Source of the DNA: Lama glama
Lineage: Eukaryota
Assembly: GCA_028534125.1 (NCBI GenBank)
Contig: CM052816.1
Coordinates: 14,882,001 to 14,946,000, forward strand
DNA length: 64,000 nt
Direction: 5' to 3'
This document shows positions 13,035-25,530 of this stretch, in pieces. Position 1 is the first letter of the stretch. Each line of letters opens with the position of its first letter. The position numbers and the translations under genes are program-made. Below the pieces are notes generated by a model that saw only the letters and a list, made by a program, of their open reading frames with translations, made no database searches and was not told the DNA's origin.

Positions 13035-14555
13035 CTGTTTTTATTGTGATAAAATACACATAACATAAAATTTACCAACTTAGCCATTTTTAAGTGTACA
13101 GTTAAGTGGTATTAAACACATTTATAATGTTGTGCAACTATCTCAATCATCCATCACCAGAACTCTTTTTATCTTGTAAAACTGAAATGTATACCCATTA
13201 AGTGGTTACTCCTCATTCTCCCCTCTCTCCAGCCCCTGGCAAACACCGTCTACTAGCTGTCTCTATGATTCTGACCACTCTAAATACCTCATGTAAGTAG
13301 AGTCATACAGTATTTGTCTTTTTTGTAGTTGGCTTATTTTACATAACATAATATCCTCAAGGTTCATCCATATTGCAGCATATGTCATAATTTTCTTCCT
13401 TTTTAAAATAGTATGGAGGTTCCTCAAAAAATTAAAAAGAGAACTACCACAAGATCCAGCAATTTCACTTCTGGGTATGTTTCTGAAGAAAATGAAAACA
13501 CTAACTCAAAAAGATATATGCACCCCCTATGTCCACTGCAACATTATTTACAATAGCCAAGATACAGAAGCAACCTAAGTGTCCATCAATAAATGAATGG
13601 ATAAGATGTATTGTACATTTACACAGCCATGAAAGAGAATGAAATCTTGCCATTTGCCACAATATGAATGGACCTAGAGGGTATTATTATGCTAAATGAA
13701 GTAAGTCTAACAGAAAAAGACAAACACTGTATGATTTCACTTACATATGGAATCTACAAAAGCAAAACAAATGAATAAACATCACGAAACAAAAACAGAT
13801 TCACAGATACAGAGACCAAACAAGTGGGTGCCAGAAGGGAGAGGGGTGAGGGGATGAGTGAAAAAGGTGAGGGATATTAAAAATTTCCAATTACAAAATA
13901 AATGAGTCACAAGAATGTACAGCATGGGGAATATAGTCAACAATATTGTAGTAACTTTGTATGGTGACAGATGGTAACTAGAGATATTGCGGTGATCATT
14001 TTCTAATGTATAGGAAAAGACTATGTGTATACCTGTAACTAACATAGTGTTGTAGGTCAATCATATCTGAAAAGAAAAAAAGGAATTTCCTTCCTTTTTA
14101 AGGCTGAGGAATTAGTTCATCGTATGTACACATGCCACATTTTGCTTATGCCTTCACTGGTTGATGCACACTTGGGGTGCATCTAACTTTTAGCTACTGT
14201 GAACAACGCTGCTAAACATGGGTATACAAGAATCTCCTTGAGACACTGCTTTTAATTCTTTGGGAAATATACCCAGCAGTGGAATTGCTGGATCACATGG
14301 TAATTCTCTTTAATTTTTCTGAGGAAATACTGACTGTTTTCCACAGTGGCTGAACCGTTTTACACTCCCACCAACAGTGCACAAGGGTTTCATTATTCCA
14401 TAGAACACCAATATTTGTTATTTTCCTTTTTTTGGAGAGTAGTCATCCTAATGGGTGTAAGGTGGCATCGCATTGTTGCTTTCATTTGCATTTCCCCAAT
14501 GATTAATAATGTTCAGCATCTTTTCATGGGCTTACTGGCCATTTGTATCTTTTTT
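13035..14555. mobile_element. Antisense old L1 3' end interrupted by a plus-strand L1 3' end (about 13407-14083)
   Basis: Inner element flanked by AATTT(T/C)CTTCCTTTTTAA at about 13389-13406 and 14084-14101 (TSD); A-rich tail before 14083. Confidence 0.75.
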
Positions 14556-14624
14556 GGAGTTACATACATACTATTAAAATCCCCCCAATAATCAGCTATT
14601 TCTTGTACACCATCGGTTACCTCT

Positions 14625-14960
14625 ACAGACTGAGTATTTATGTCCCCCAAAATTCACATGTTGAAACCTAATCAATGTGATGGTATTTAAAGGTAGGGCT
14701 CATGAGAAGTAATTAGGTCATCAAGGTGGAGTTATCACGTAAAAGGGGCTGCAGAGAGCTCCCTCACCCCTTCCACCATGTGAGATTACAGCAAAAAAGA
14801 CTACCATCTACGAACCAGGAAGCCTGCGCTCACCAGACACCAAAGCTGTCAGTGTCTTTATCTCAGACTTCTCAGCCTCCACAGCTGAAAAATTAATTTC
14901 TGTTGTTTATAAGCCACTCAGTTTATGGTACTGTTACAGCAGCCCAAAAAGACTAAGACA
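14625..14960 (+). mobile_element. MaLR LTR (MLT1A-like)
   Basis: tgtcccccaaaattcacatgttgaaacc...ttgtttataagccactcagtttatggta...gactaagaca. Confidence 0.7.
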
Positions 14961-15164
14961 GTTGCCCATGCCCTTTCATCTCTTCTAACACTTTCTTTTT
15001 AGTGTAGTGGGTCCACCCTCCACATACCTAAGGGGAAGGTGAACCCATTCATAGCTGTAGTAGGGTCTGAAACTAAACCAATAGTGGTGATCTCACTCCT
15101 CTTATCAGTGTTTAGTGAGGAATACTGGCTTAAAACAGTTAATAATTTAAAAAATTAGCTTAGG

Positions 15165-15370
15165 GCAAGGTTTCTCAACCCTGTTAATATTTTGAGCCCA
15201 ATAACTTAGTTGTGGAGGGGATGCTCTGTGCATTATAGGATATCTGGCAGCATCCCTGGCTTCTTCCCACTAGATGCCAGTAGATACCACCCCCACAGTT
15301 GCGACAATCAAAATGTCTCCAGGCATCATCAAATGTCTTCTCCTCCCCACCATTTTGAAAATCATAGGCT
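15165..15370. mobile_element. MER20-like hAT DNA transposon
   Basis: ggtttctcaacc...gcagcatccctggc..cccactagatgccagtag...aaaatgtctccag. Confidence 0.7.
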
Positions 15371-15679
15371 TAGGGTATTCCCCTGGTGACTACTATTGAG
15401 CCAGGGATAGGTGTATAGTCTGAGTTAGACCAATCAAGTTGAAAGACAGATTTTGGTTAGGGAGAGACACTCTCTGAACTTACCACAGCCAAGAAAGGAA
15501 GTTCCCCAGTTACTGCTGTCAGATTTCTTATGACCATAGACTCTCGAAGTTTACAAGATGAAGGAAAAGCTGAAAGAATAACAAGTATAAATAAATGTTC
15601 ATTCTCCAAAATTAGGAATTTAAACAATTTGTGCCAGGCCATGATTCTATCACGCCTAGAGGCAGCCATGTTTCTAGAA

Positions 15680-16012
15680 CTGCACTGTCCAATACAGTAA
15701 CCACCAGCCAGCCACACATGGCCACTGAGAACGTGAAATGTTAGTCCAAAATGAAATGTGCTTTCAGTGTAAAATACACACCAGAATTTGAAGATTTAGT
15801 ACAAAATCAGAATGTAAAACATACCATTAATAATTTCTACATTGATTCTATGTTGAAATATTTTTGATAATTAGGCTAAATAAAATGCTACCGAAATTAA
15901 TTTCATGTGTTTCCTTTTGCCATTTTAATGCAGCTACTAGATAATTTAATACTAAATAATTTAATAATGTGGCTTTCATCTATGGGTCATATTATATTTC
16001 TGTTGAACAGAG
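15680..16012. mobile_element. MER33-like hAT DNA transposon
   Basis: gcactgtccaatacagtaaccac...cacatggcc...tatatttctgttgaacag. Confidence 0.65.
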
Positions 16013-18099
16013 CTACTCAAGACTACCTGGTTTTCAAAAACATTTTCTTATTGTTTAAACCAGTGTAAATCAGGTTGGTCTTTTTTCTATAGAAAGCATC
16101 GCACTTAATGCAAGAGACTGCAACATTTTGGCTAACCTGCTTTTCACTGTTTATATACTACTAGAGCAATATATAAGGGTATTTGCTATTTCCTCACTCC
16201 TATAATATAATTTTCTATCTCCAAGATATAAGCAAGGCTTCTCCCATAACCCACAATTTTTTAACACCCACAGTATAAGGAACTTGAAAGTTTATTAAAG
16301 GGAATTTTCAATCATATAGCATTAGCTTGATAGTGCTACTCCTTTATCATAGGTAGGAAGCCTTCTGAGCCTTGTTACTACACTGGAGAATTTACTGCTA
16401 CCCCCAAATCTTTGGTTCACTAGTATCACAGATATTCCATGGGACAATCACAAGAGTATAATTCTTTCATCAACTCAGAGTGTTTCTATATGTCAAATGG
16501 ATTTGATAAACATAAACACACACACACACACACACAACTGGATATATCAACAGACATTAAGGTAATGGTGACCTGGCAGAGCTCTTAGCTTTAGGATCAA
16601 TGTAATTACCCTGCAAAAAAATAACCTTCAGAAAACGTGTCAAACTCAAAAGGAGAAAATATGTTTCAGGATTGAAGGAGGTAGATACTTCAGGGGAAAC
16701 TTCAGTTGATCCTTTTAATTATTCCTGACAATCTTCTACTTAAAGGTTTACTAACTAAAATACATCATAATTTTGGCAAATCAGAATTGCATAGAATTTA
16801 TCTCAGGTTATTTTCTGTGACAAAGATATTTGAACATCATAAAACTCATAGGCAATTAAAATGCAAAGCAATATATGGATAACCTTCTTGTATAAGCTTG
16901 GCCTCAAATTTTATAATCACAAAAACGGATTATGCAGAGACTAGCATGTTAAACTCATATCTATGAAATGCGTAAAATCTGGTACAATGAAGGGATAAGT
17001 ACAGGGGGAAAATTTCATCTTCAAAAAGAGGAAAGAGAGAATCCTGGAAATACATCAGCTAACATTCTTCAACACATTACAGAACAAAGAACTAAAGTAC
17101 AATTATGTGGAAGAGCTTAATTTTTCCTCAGACTTAACATTAAAAAAAATCAGACTGGTGCCAAGCCATTTAAATCCCCCTCATCATACATAGTCTCACA
17201 GTCTACTAAAAGCAAAGGCAACACATTCACACACACACTTTTTGCAAACTTCTCCCCTCATGATAATTGGCACTGTCCCTGACTGGAGAGGAAATGTATA
17301 TAAAGTTGCTGTATCTCATTTTAATGTGACTTGGAATATATTTTCTCTCACAAATTATTAAAGAATTTGGGCTATATTTATATTTTTTTCTGGATGGATC
17401 AATTCTTTCATTCAATTAGCAACTATTTTTTTATCTCCCATGTTTTGATACTAGGCACCAGGACCAGATGAACAAAATATTACATTCCTGATTATCATGG
17501 AGCTTCCAACCTAGGGCACGGGAGACAAGTACATAAAGAAATAGTTAATTTTGTAGATGTTAATCACATTTTTAGTGAGTTCTCTTAAACTTAGATGCAG
17601 ATGTTAATATTTTAGAGGACAGAAATTAAATTTCAAATGACCTTGATGCTCTACCAAACTGATCCTATTAAAAAATAAATGGAAATGAATAGGAAGAAGT
17701 GGAAACTGTTACATAGTTAGGTTAAAATGCTATAAATACATGTTGATGAATACCTGACCACCCATACAAGAGGCAAGCAGAAAATAGTTCTCAAAACAGT
17801 AGAGGTGGAATTTTTAAAATTCCAAACTAATTTAAAAATTACTGGCAAATGACTGACAGGGAGTAATATTTGAATTATATTCTAATCAGACCATTTGTCT
17901 TTCAGATAACTGTCCTAAACGAACATGGGCCTCCAGAAGAACACTTACTTCTCTGTTACCATTTACATCTACGTCGAATACTTTAAAAAGAGGAATCATC
18001 CTTGTTCCTTCTGAGGGCCTTCAAAACAGAAACAGACCCCGAGTCATAGGCCTCCTACGGACATTTCCATAACCAACACACACAGACTTAGAACTACAT

Positions 18100-18803
18100 A
18101 GTGGACAGCAAGTCCTCACTCCACTGATTTGGGTGTTTTAAAATCCACAGCATGGTTAGTTATAAATTCTTAGTTCGGCTCCAAATTGGATACAGCCTGG
18201 GGAGCATCCAGATGTCTCCAGAAAAAGGACGCTTTCCTCACGGACTCCCTATCTCTGGCAATCACCCGGAAGCCAAGGAGCTATCCGGCTTCATGGCGAT
18301 CCGGTAAAAGTTCTGGCTTAGCGGGGGCGGGCCGGAGAATCTACGTCTTTCTTGGTATTGTTTTCTCTAAATATTTCCAAACCAACGTTCTTCACGAGAG
18401 TATCATCTTCATCGCGTATAGCCAACTTCTCGCGAGACAAGTCACGCCGGATAGCGTATTTGTGCGTTGCGCCTGCGCGCGCCGGGGCAGTGAGCACTTC
18501 CGCCCGAGTTGTGCTGTCACTCATAGCCGCCTCCGGTTGCGTAGCGTTTTATTCTCCGCTGGGTCTGCAGCTCTGGACGGAGGTCTGCTGAGCTGCCGAG
18601 CTGCGCAGCTGAGGAGCTGCAGAATCTGGCTCTCGAAGCTGCGGATATCAGCGAGATTTCGTGTTGCCTGTCCTGAGCTGTTTCACTACTAATTAGTAGC
18701 GGATCGCTCCTGATTGCCGCGAGCCGGAAAGAACAAAGGAATCAAGAAGGAGACGCTCGGCCACGGGCCGCCTTGCTCCGGAGTGGCTTCTGCTCGCTCC
18801 TGT
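18100..18803 (-). pseudogene. Highly decayed gamma-B-like protocadherin exon 5' end underlying the TAF7 promoter
   Basis: Minus strand gives, with frameshifts, (ACA)GGAGCGAGC..., GPWPSVSFLIPLFFPARG, ATCCGCTAC (IRY), NLAD, EL..AE, IRDEDD..LEI.E, LSQN, DRE in Pcdh order; CSE 203 bp upstream. Confidence 0.55.
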
Positions 18804-19030
18804 CCGGAGAAACTGGATTTATAATCGTCACTGGATTGTAAGTACCCGAGGCGAAGAGAGCTCACTACGCCCCGCTTTTTGAATATCTTTGTTCCGGGAG
18901 AGTTGTGGATTGGGAGTGTCTGCTGGGCTTTAGCTTTGTGTGCCGAAAATCATTCCGTAGCAGCCGCCATTTGCTTTCCTGCTAGCTAGCTCTCTGCGTT
19001 GTCCTGCAGCGGCATCTAGAGGTTGGAACT
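18200..19030 (+). promoter_or_regulatory. TAF7 CpG-island promoter and non-coding first exon
   Basis: High CpG density; GC box 18323-18332, TCTCGCGAGA palindrome 18428-18437, NRF1-like TGCGCCTGCGC 18468-18478, ETS CACTTCCG 18495-18502, YY1-like GCCGCCATTTG 18963-18973. Confidence 0.8.
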
Positions 19031-19222
19031 TGGCATTGCAGCTAAGATTTAAATGGACTTAATTGAGTAAGGCAACGTGTCAGTAACGACTGGTATTCAG
19101 CCACAGCATACTTAGAAAGACTTGGGGCTTAATTTAAAATAGACGCTTAGCTGCTGTTGTACTTAGAACTGTTTGTAATTAAAATTCCAATTCATAGCGA
19201 ACTGGTCTTTCTGTTGAAATAG
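18838..19222 (+). other. Putative 5'UTR intron of TAF7
   Basis: Donor GTAAGT at 18838; acceptor ctttctgttgaaatAG at 19222 (alternative ttttAG at 19236). Confidence 0.55.
19006..19024 (-). promoter_or_regulatory. Pcdh-type CSE/CTCF element inside the TAF7 5' region
   Basis: GCAGCGGCATCTAGAGGTT, same orientation and pattern as the other CSEs; TTGCA module at 19036-19040. Confidence 0.75.
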
Positions 19223-19280
19223 GTGGAACTTTTTAGTGCAACAAGTGGTTACTAGAGAAGTGAGTCACCAAGAAATAAAG

Positions 19281-20330
19281 ATGAGTAAGAGCAAAGATGA
19301 TGCTCCTCATGAACTGGAGAGCCAATTTATCTTACGCCTTCCTCCAGAGTATGCCTCTACTGTGAGGCGAGCAGTACAGTCTGGCCATGTCAACCTGAAG
19401 GACAGACTGACAATTGAATTACACCCTGATGGGCGTCATGGAATCGTCAGAGTGGACCGGGTCCCACTGGCCTCAAAACTGGTGGATCTGCCGTGTGTTA
19501 TGGAAAGTTTGAAAACCATTGATAAGAAAACCTTTTACAAGACAGCTGATATCTGTCAGATGCTTGTCTCTACAGTTGATGGTGATCTCTATCCTCCTGT
19601 GGAGGAACCAGTTGCTACTGCTGATCCCAAAGCAAGCAAGAAAAAGGATAAGGACAAAGAGAAAAAATTTGTATGGAACCATGGAATTACTCTGCCTCTA
19701 AAAAATGTCCGAAAGAGAAGGTTCCGGAAGACAGCAAAGAAGAAGTATATTGAATCTCCAGATGTGGAAAAAGAAGTGAAGCGGTTGCTGAGCACAGATG
19801 CTGAAGCTGTCAGTACTCGTTGGGAAATAATTGCTGAAGATGAAACAAAAGAAACAGAAAATCAGGGCCTTGATATCGCTTCTCCAGGAATGTCTGGCCA
19901 CAGGCAGGGCCATGACTCATTAGAACATGATGAGCTTCGGGAGATATTCAATGACCTCAGCAGCAGCAGCGAAGATGAAGATGAGACACAGCATCAAGAT
20001 GAAGAAGATATAAACATCATCGACACTGAGGAAGATCTGGAAAGACAGCTACAGGACAAGCTAAATGAATCAGATGAACAGCACCAAGAAAACGAGGGAA
20101 CCAATCAGCTGGTTATGGGAATCCAGAAACAGATTGATAACATGAAAGGCAAGCTCCAGGAGACCCAGGACAGGGCAAAGCGACAGGAGGATCTCATCAT
20201 GAAAGTGGAAAACCTGGCTCTCAAGAACAGATTTCAGGCTGTGCTAGATGAACTGAAACAAAAGGAAGACCGAGAAAAGGAGCAGCTCAGCTCTCTGCAA
20301 GAAGAGCTAGAATCACTCCTAGAGAAGTGA
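19281..20330 (+). CDS. TAF7: TFIID subunit 7, uninterrupted CDS (349 aa), retrogene of TAF7L
   Basis: MSKSKDDAPHELESQFILRLP...LESLLEK; TAFII55 N-terminal domain, acidic region and C-terminal coiled coil; expected synteny. Confidence 0.97.
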   Translation: MSKSKDDAPHELESQFILRLPPEYASTVRRAVQSGHVNLKDRLTIELHPDGRHGIVRVDRVPLASKLVDLPCVMESLKTIDKKTFYKTADICQMLVSTVDGDLYPPVEEPVATADPKASKKKDKDKEKKFVWNHGITLPLKNVRKRRFRKTAKKKYIESPDVEKEVKRLLSTDAEAVSTRWEIIAEDETKETENQGLDIASPGMSGHRQGHDSLEHDELREIFNDLSSSSEDEDETQHQDEEDINIIDTEEDLERQLQDKLNESDEQHQENEGTNQLVMGIQKQIDNMKGKLQETQDRAKRQEDLIMKVENLALKNRFQAVLDELKQKEDREKEQLSSLQEELESLLEK

Positions 20331-20820
20331 GGAGAGCTTTGATACTTAATTTCATTCCTGAGAGTGGTCAGCCTTGAAAGAAAAATTTTTGTTTCATTGC
20401 CTGGACTAGATAGTATATCTCTGCAGTAGTTCGCATTTCCTTCATTGCATTCTGTTTGATTTGTCTAGTAGACAAATGTGAATTTCTAAATCATTTGTCT
20501 TTCAGAACCACTTTGCTAGGTGTTTGCCCTGTAGAAAGTAGGAATGTATAGACAAATGTAGGAAAGTTGTAGAATTAGCGGAGTGAACAGTTCAACTTAG
20601 TAATTAATCGCAGCTTCACTAGAGGACTTTGTTGCTGTTTGTCCATTTACCAGAAGCTGCTGTTGTTCTTGTGTGATGCCATTTGAGATGAGTAAGAGCC
20701 TAGTCTGGGGGCGGGGGAGCTTGTTTGCATATGCTTTCCCATGCTGTAGCTATTTTCCCAGCTATTCAAAGCAATTTTCTACATTTAGCATTGCAAATCA
20801 TTTATAAGGTTGTTTAACAC

Positions 20821-20830
20821 AATAAATAAA
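20821..20830 (+). terminator. TAF7 polyadenylation signal
   Basis: Overlapping AATAAATAAA about 490 nt after the stop. Confidence 0.65.
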
Positions 20831-21349
20831 AGCAAGTAATTTTCACCTCATAATGAGTCTTATTCTTTTAAGGGTAGTGGGTATCAGATCCTCTTCTGAG
20901 GTGGTTTCTTGGTGGGGTTTAATGGACTGACCAGTTGGATTCTGTTTTATAGGAAAAGAAGCTGTTATGCTAGGTTTTAAGAAGAAGAGGAACACAGCAG
21001 GGGCAAAGAAATTTGAGAGATGTCATCTTGCATTATGTTTCCAATCCACCTGCTCCATTTGGAGGTTAGGAAATACAGAACCTCTTAACCTATCCTAAAT
21101 TTTGTTTCAGCCTGATCTCACCACATCCTTTCACTATTTTCATTACACACTAAGCTTATTTACATTTTTCAAGGAATTTAATTACTCCTCTTCCTCTATA
21201 ATAGTGTACTGGGATTAAAAACTCTGTAATGCACCTATCTTACTAGACTGTAAATTACCTGTTGTTCATGTCCTCACTAGGCTGTAAATTCACTGAGATG
21301 AGGCACTTTACCTTGTTAGTCACTAAACTTACTAAAGAATGGTAAAGAG

Positions 21350-21620
21350 ATTAAAATCACAAGGTCAAGAGATGTATTGCCTGGGTTTCCATCGTAGTTT
21401 AGTGACCTATTAGATGAATGATCTTGGGCAAGTAAATTAATCTGCCTCAATTTCCTCATCTCTAAAATGGAGGTGAAAAAAAAAATAAAATGGAGGTGAT
21501 AGTATTACCTACCTGAGGGCTCTTGAGTTGTTGGCTATTGAGTTGATACATATAAAGGTCTTAGAACAATTCCTGGAATAAAAGTAAACTATTATACTAG
21601 AGTCTTTACATAATAGGGGT
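21350..21620. mobile_element. MIR SINE
   Basis: Core tgatcttgggcaagtaaattaatctgcctcaatttcctcatctctaaaatgg. Confidence 0.65.
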
Positions 21621-24319
21621 TAAATAATTATTTGAATTAAAGAGTGATCAAAGTGGTAGGAAAGTGTATAAAGAACTGTGTTTTACATATGGTTGATTTC
21701 AGATTAATCATTCTAAATCAGTTTATAAATGACAGAAGCAGAGTTTGCTTCAAATTCATCTGCAGCATAAGTAAATTGAGTTGGTTTACTACTGTAGCTT
21801 TATTTTTGATTTATTTATGGCTTGGCTTTGCACTAATATTAAAACCTCCATAATGAAGAGTAAATATCTGTTACAATAAACTTCAAAAGAGAAAAGGTTA
21901 ACTGAAGAAGATTGGGATTCATTTCTCTTTAGGTAAATCTAGAGTTAGCAAAAAAGACTTTTTTCCCAGCTCCCTTGCCTGATGAGTATGATGTTCAGTT
22001 GGGCTGCAGTTTTCAGTATTTTTGAGTTGATGAACAGTTGAATTTTCTTTAATTAGTGTTTTAACATACAGGAATAAGAAGAGTAACTGAAAAATTTTAA
22101 GTAATGCAAAAATTTTGCAAAAAATACAAAGTAAAGTTGTCCCTTTCACACCAACTTTCCAGGGTAACTTTTTGAGATGTATTGGTCCAGGCCTTTACTT
22201 GGTGTACAATTAATTGTATACATATATATATAATTTTGTAAAGCAAAAAATATATATTGTTATAGATACTATTCTAAAACTTTTATCACTCAAAAATTTA
22301 TTACGAGTATCCTTCCATATTAGCACATAGATACTTCCTGCTATTTTTCATGATACAGATTTTTTTTTTCCCTTGATTTTATCCACTCCCCTATTGCTGG
22401 TCACTTACATTGTTCCATTTTAAATTTGCTATTACACAGAATGCTGCAATAAGCACATCAGTCTGGCTTCCATTTTGCATTATATCTATAGATTAGGTAA
22501 GTGGGATCTTTGTGTTCAGTTCAAAATGTCATAAAGCCTGACATTTTGAATTTGGAGAGCAAATGTTTATTTGAGATGAGGAATTTGGACAAATAGTGAC
22601 AATTCATGTCTTTGAAGGACTGTGTCTTGACCTCTTGCTTATCTTATTATCCAGTAAGAATTCTGTGTGAAAACAGACTAGGAAGACTGCCCACCAAACA
22701 TCAGCTATACTGGCCTTTCTGTACTTCAAATACCCAGGTCTTTCTCACTACAGAGCTTTATTTAGCATTTACAGTTCCCTTTTCCTGGAACAGTCTCCAT
22801 ATCCTCTCATGGCTAGCTTTTTGTTACTCAGGCCTCAGCTCAAACCTCACTTTCTCTGGTAATCCTACCTGGCCACTCAATCTAATTGCTAGGGAACATG
22901 TGATGTGGGTGTTCACATCTAGTCAAGGGTGGTGGTCTTCACTGAAAAGTTGGAAGTTCCTTTGCCATTATTTTCCATGTATGCTTGGGAGGACATGTGC
23001 TTAAATTCAAAACAGAAGCATAATTCTGGTTAGTTAGAATCGGGGAAAAAATGGTTTCAGATGTTTATGACTGCCCAGTGTCTTGGGCAGTGTTACAGTA
23101 TTTGCTGAAGTGTGTTCTCTCCAAGTCCAGCTGTTTAAATACACTTTATGGAACTCAATCTCTTTCTGTCACTATTTGTGCAACTATGTCCGACAATTCA
23201 ATGAAGGTAAAGACCATTTCCCTATTAATGCCCTACCTGGCCTTCATTATTAGTTTGGTTTCTCCAAAACATACATATATGAACTTAATGCAAAAGCATC
23301 TCTTGTGTGTGTTTTTAAAAAATTAACAATGAACCATATGTAATTAATTGACAGTAGTTAAAACTGAATGCTCCTCTAGAAAACTTGATAGGACCTCCAT
23401 AAGTATTAAAATATGATTTTCCCCCATTGACTTTCCTGAGGGTGATACCAAAACATTTTTAAAAATCCCTCAAATATGATACGAAGAATTTAACATTTTT
23501 TTTCTAGTTTAAAATGGTGCGTTGTTCTCACATATCTTTTCTCTATCAAAAAGCCTGCCAATATAACATAGTAAGCCCCAAAGACAAAGAATAGGAAATG
23601 AGACAACAGTGAATGAGAAATGTCAACCTGTTTTCAGAAGGGCAAAGCAGATGAAGAAATGATAATTGAGAAATCACAGAAAGTTACATGCTAAATGTCT
23701 GCAAGGGGGTATATGAAAGAGAGAGAGAGACACACCCACTTGATAAAGAAACTGTGAGACAATTTTTGCAGGCAAAGTTTCCAAGGAAGACGGAAGTGGG
23801 GCTGGAAACAGAATTCATTAAAGTGTGTTCACAGCTGGATGTGCAGGATCCCTATGTCACTCGAGGAAGCCAGGTAACTCTTACTTACCCATCCCACAGA
23901 TGGAAAGTTTATTTTCTGGATAAATTGAACCAAAGGCTCAAACTCAGAGAAGGCAGGTCCAGATGAAGGCTGGGATGTATAACATTAAACAAGGGGGTTA
24001 TGTGAAAATATGTTTTCTTTACTGCAGGATGTCACCCCTCTTACCCTATTTTGGTCTCATTAAATCAGTATCCAAAGCATACATCACCCCCAAACACACA
24101 CAAACAGAGTCAAGACTGTAAGATTATTCTCTGAAGAAACCATGTGAGCCCAGAGAAAAGAAATCCAAATACTGACATTTGGGTATTATCTACACAAAAG
24201 GCCTGGTCACTGTCTACCACTACACTAAAGTCTACCTATTGACAAACTACCCATGCACAATCTGCTTTTGGGTGCCACACTTTAAAATGTTAACTGGGAG
24301 CCAAAGAATCAGACAAGGA

Positions 24320-24910
24320 AAGCTTCCTGAATGGAAGAATCATTTCAGCACACCTGACCCCTTCCCCATTTTGTTTTTACCCCCAAGGTAAAATACCGCC
24401 TAGAGCTTAGAATGTAAACCTTAAGAAAATTCGTTCCAAAGCTGGAATTATAAGGATCTGGGAGAAAAAGGTGGAGGTAGGCTACAGCGGTACCCACAAT
24501 GATGCCCAAAACCACATCTTGCCTACTAGGCCTATAGTCATTGCTTCCCAGAATTGCTGCTGCATAAAGCTGTATGGCTCCTCAACAAGAACCATGAAGC
24601 GGCGCGAACAGAGCTCTGGAGCCACACAGCTCTCTTCTATCAAGTTTCTTAGCTCTATATAGATACGTTTCCCAACCCGATGGTACAAGGCCTTGTCCTA
24701 CCTCTGGAAATGATGGGGACTCTGCGTCCCACCAGCTCACAGGGATCTAGGCTCAGATCCTAGGCGCGTTGCCACGAAACAGCCTTTCTCTAGCTCCGTA
24801 GGCACCGAGTAGCGGATCTGCCGGCCTCGGGCCTCCTCCAGTGTCGCTAGGCGAGCAAAGGGCGAGACCCAGAGGGGCGCGGCGGGCCGGCACCTTTGCT
24901 GAGCCGCCAT
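24320..24910 (-). pseudogene. Truncated gamma-A-like protocadherin relic (signal peptide, EC1, part of EC2)
   Basis: MAAQQRCR...QIRYSVPTELEKGCFVA, then after frameshifts DLSLDPCELVGRRVPIISRGRT, KLDRRELCG, FMVLVEEP, GTNFLKVYILSSRRYFTL. Confidence 0.85.
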
Positions 24911-25154
24911 TCCTCTCGGGAAAGGATTAAGGGTTTTCTGATTCAAAGGAGCCACGTATTCTCATGTAAACCGCTCCCCTCTCCCCCCAGTAGTTTGTTT
25001 GTTTTCCCTATTTAAAACCTGTTTCTGAGGTTGACCCTTTGACCCCAGTCACGGTCAAACGGGAGCACCCCTCCCCCCCAGCCCCCGCCCAGTTTGATTT
25101 ACCGAGTAGGAAATGCGGGCGGTGGAGGGGCAGGCAGAATAGGAAAGCCGGTGA

Positions 25155-25173
25155 GTAGCGGCGCCTAGCGGTT
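25155..25173 (-). promoter_or_regulatory. CSE/CTCF element of the relic, head-to-head with SLC25A2
   Basis: GTAGCGGCGCCTAGCGGTT, 245 bp upstream of relic ATG 24910; TCGCA module at 25184-25188. Confidence 0.8.
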
Positions 25174-25300
25174 CCCGCCGAAGTCGCAAGAATTTATCGA
25201 ACAGCTTTCAACCGCTGGATTGTAGTCCATTAAAAATGTTTACCTAGTACGCGTCCCGGTCGGGGGCGCGGGGATGGCGGGCGGTGCCCGGCAGGCGGCG

Positions 25301-25352
25301 GGCGGGGCGGGGCGAGGAGGGGCGGGGCGGGGCGAGGAGGGGCGGGGCGGGG
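25301..25352 (+). repeat. 20-bp GC-box tandem repeat (about 2.6 copies)
   Basis: GGCGGGGCGGGGCGAGGAGG exact at 25301 and 25321, partial at 25341. Confidence 0.9.
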
Positions 25353-25530
25353 GCTTGGGCGCTGCGTCCGCGGGGCGCGTGGAAAGGCGCGCGCGGAGGA
25401 CGGCCTAGTCTGGGGTTAAGCGGCTTCTCCCGCGGGGGAGAGAGTCCAGAGTGGGCGGCGGGACATAAGACGCCCGTGTTAGGCTGCAGAGAGTGGCCTT
25501 TCCCGGGGACCAGCAGATCGGTGGGCGAAC

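Noticed and set aside
18186..18692. 168-aa plus-strand ORF in the TAF7 island
   Set aside because: Non-ATG start, no recognisable domain; typical stop-poor CpG-island ORF
19236..19280. 15-aa N-terminal extension of TAF7 in the ORF track
   Set aside because: Starts at GTG; ATG 19281 gives the canonical 349-aa protein
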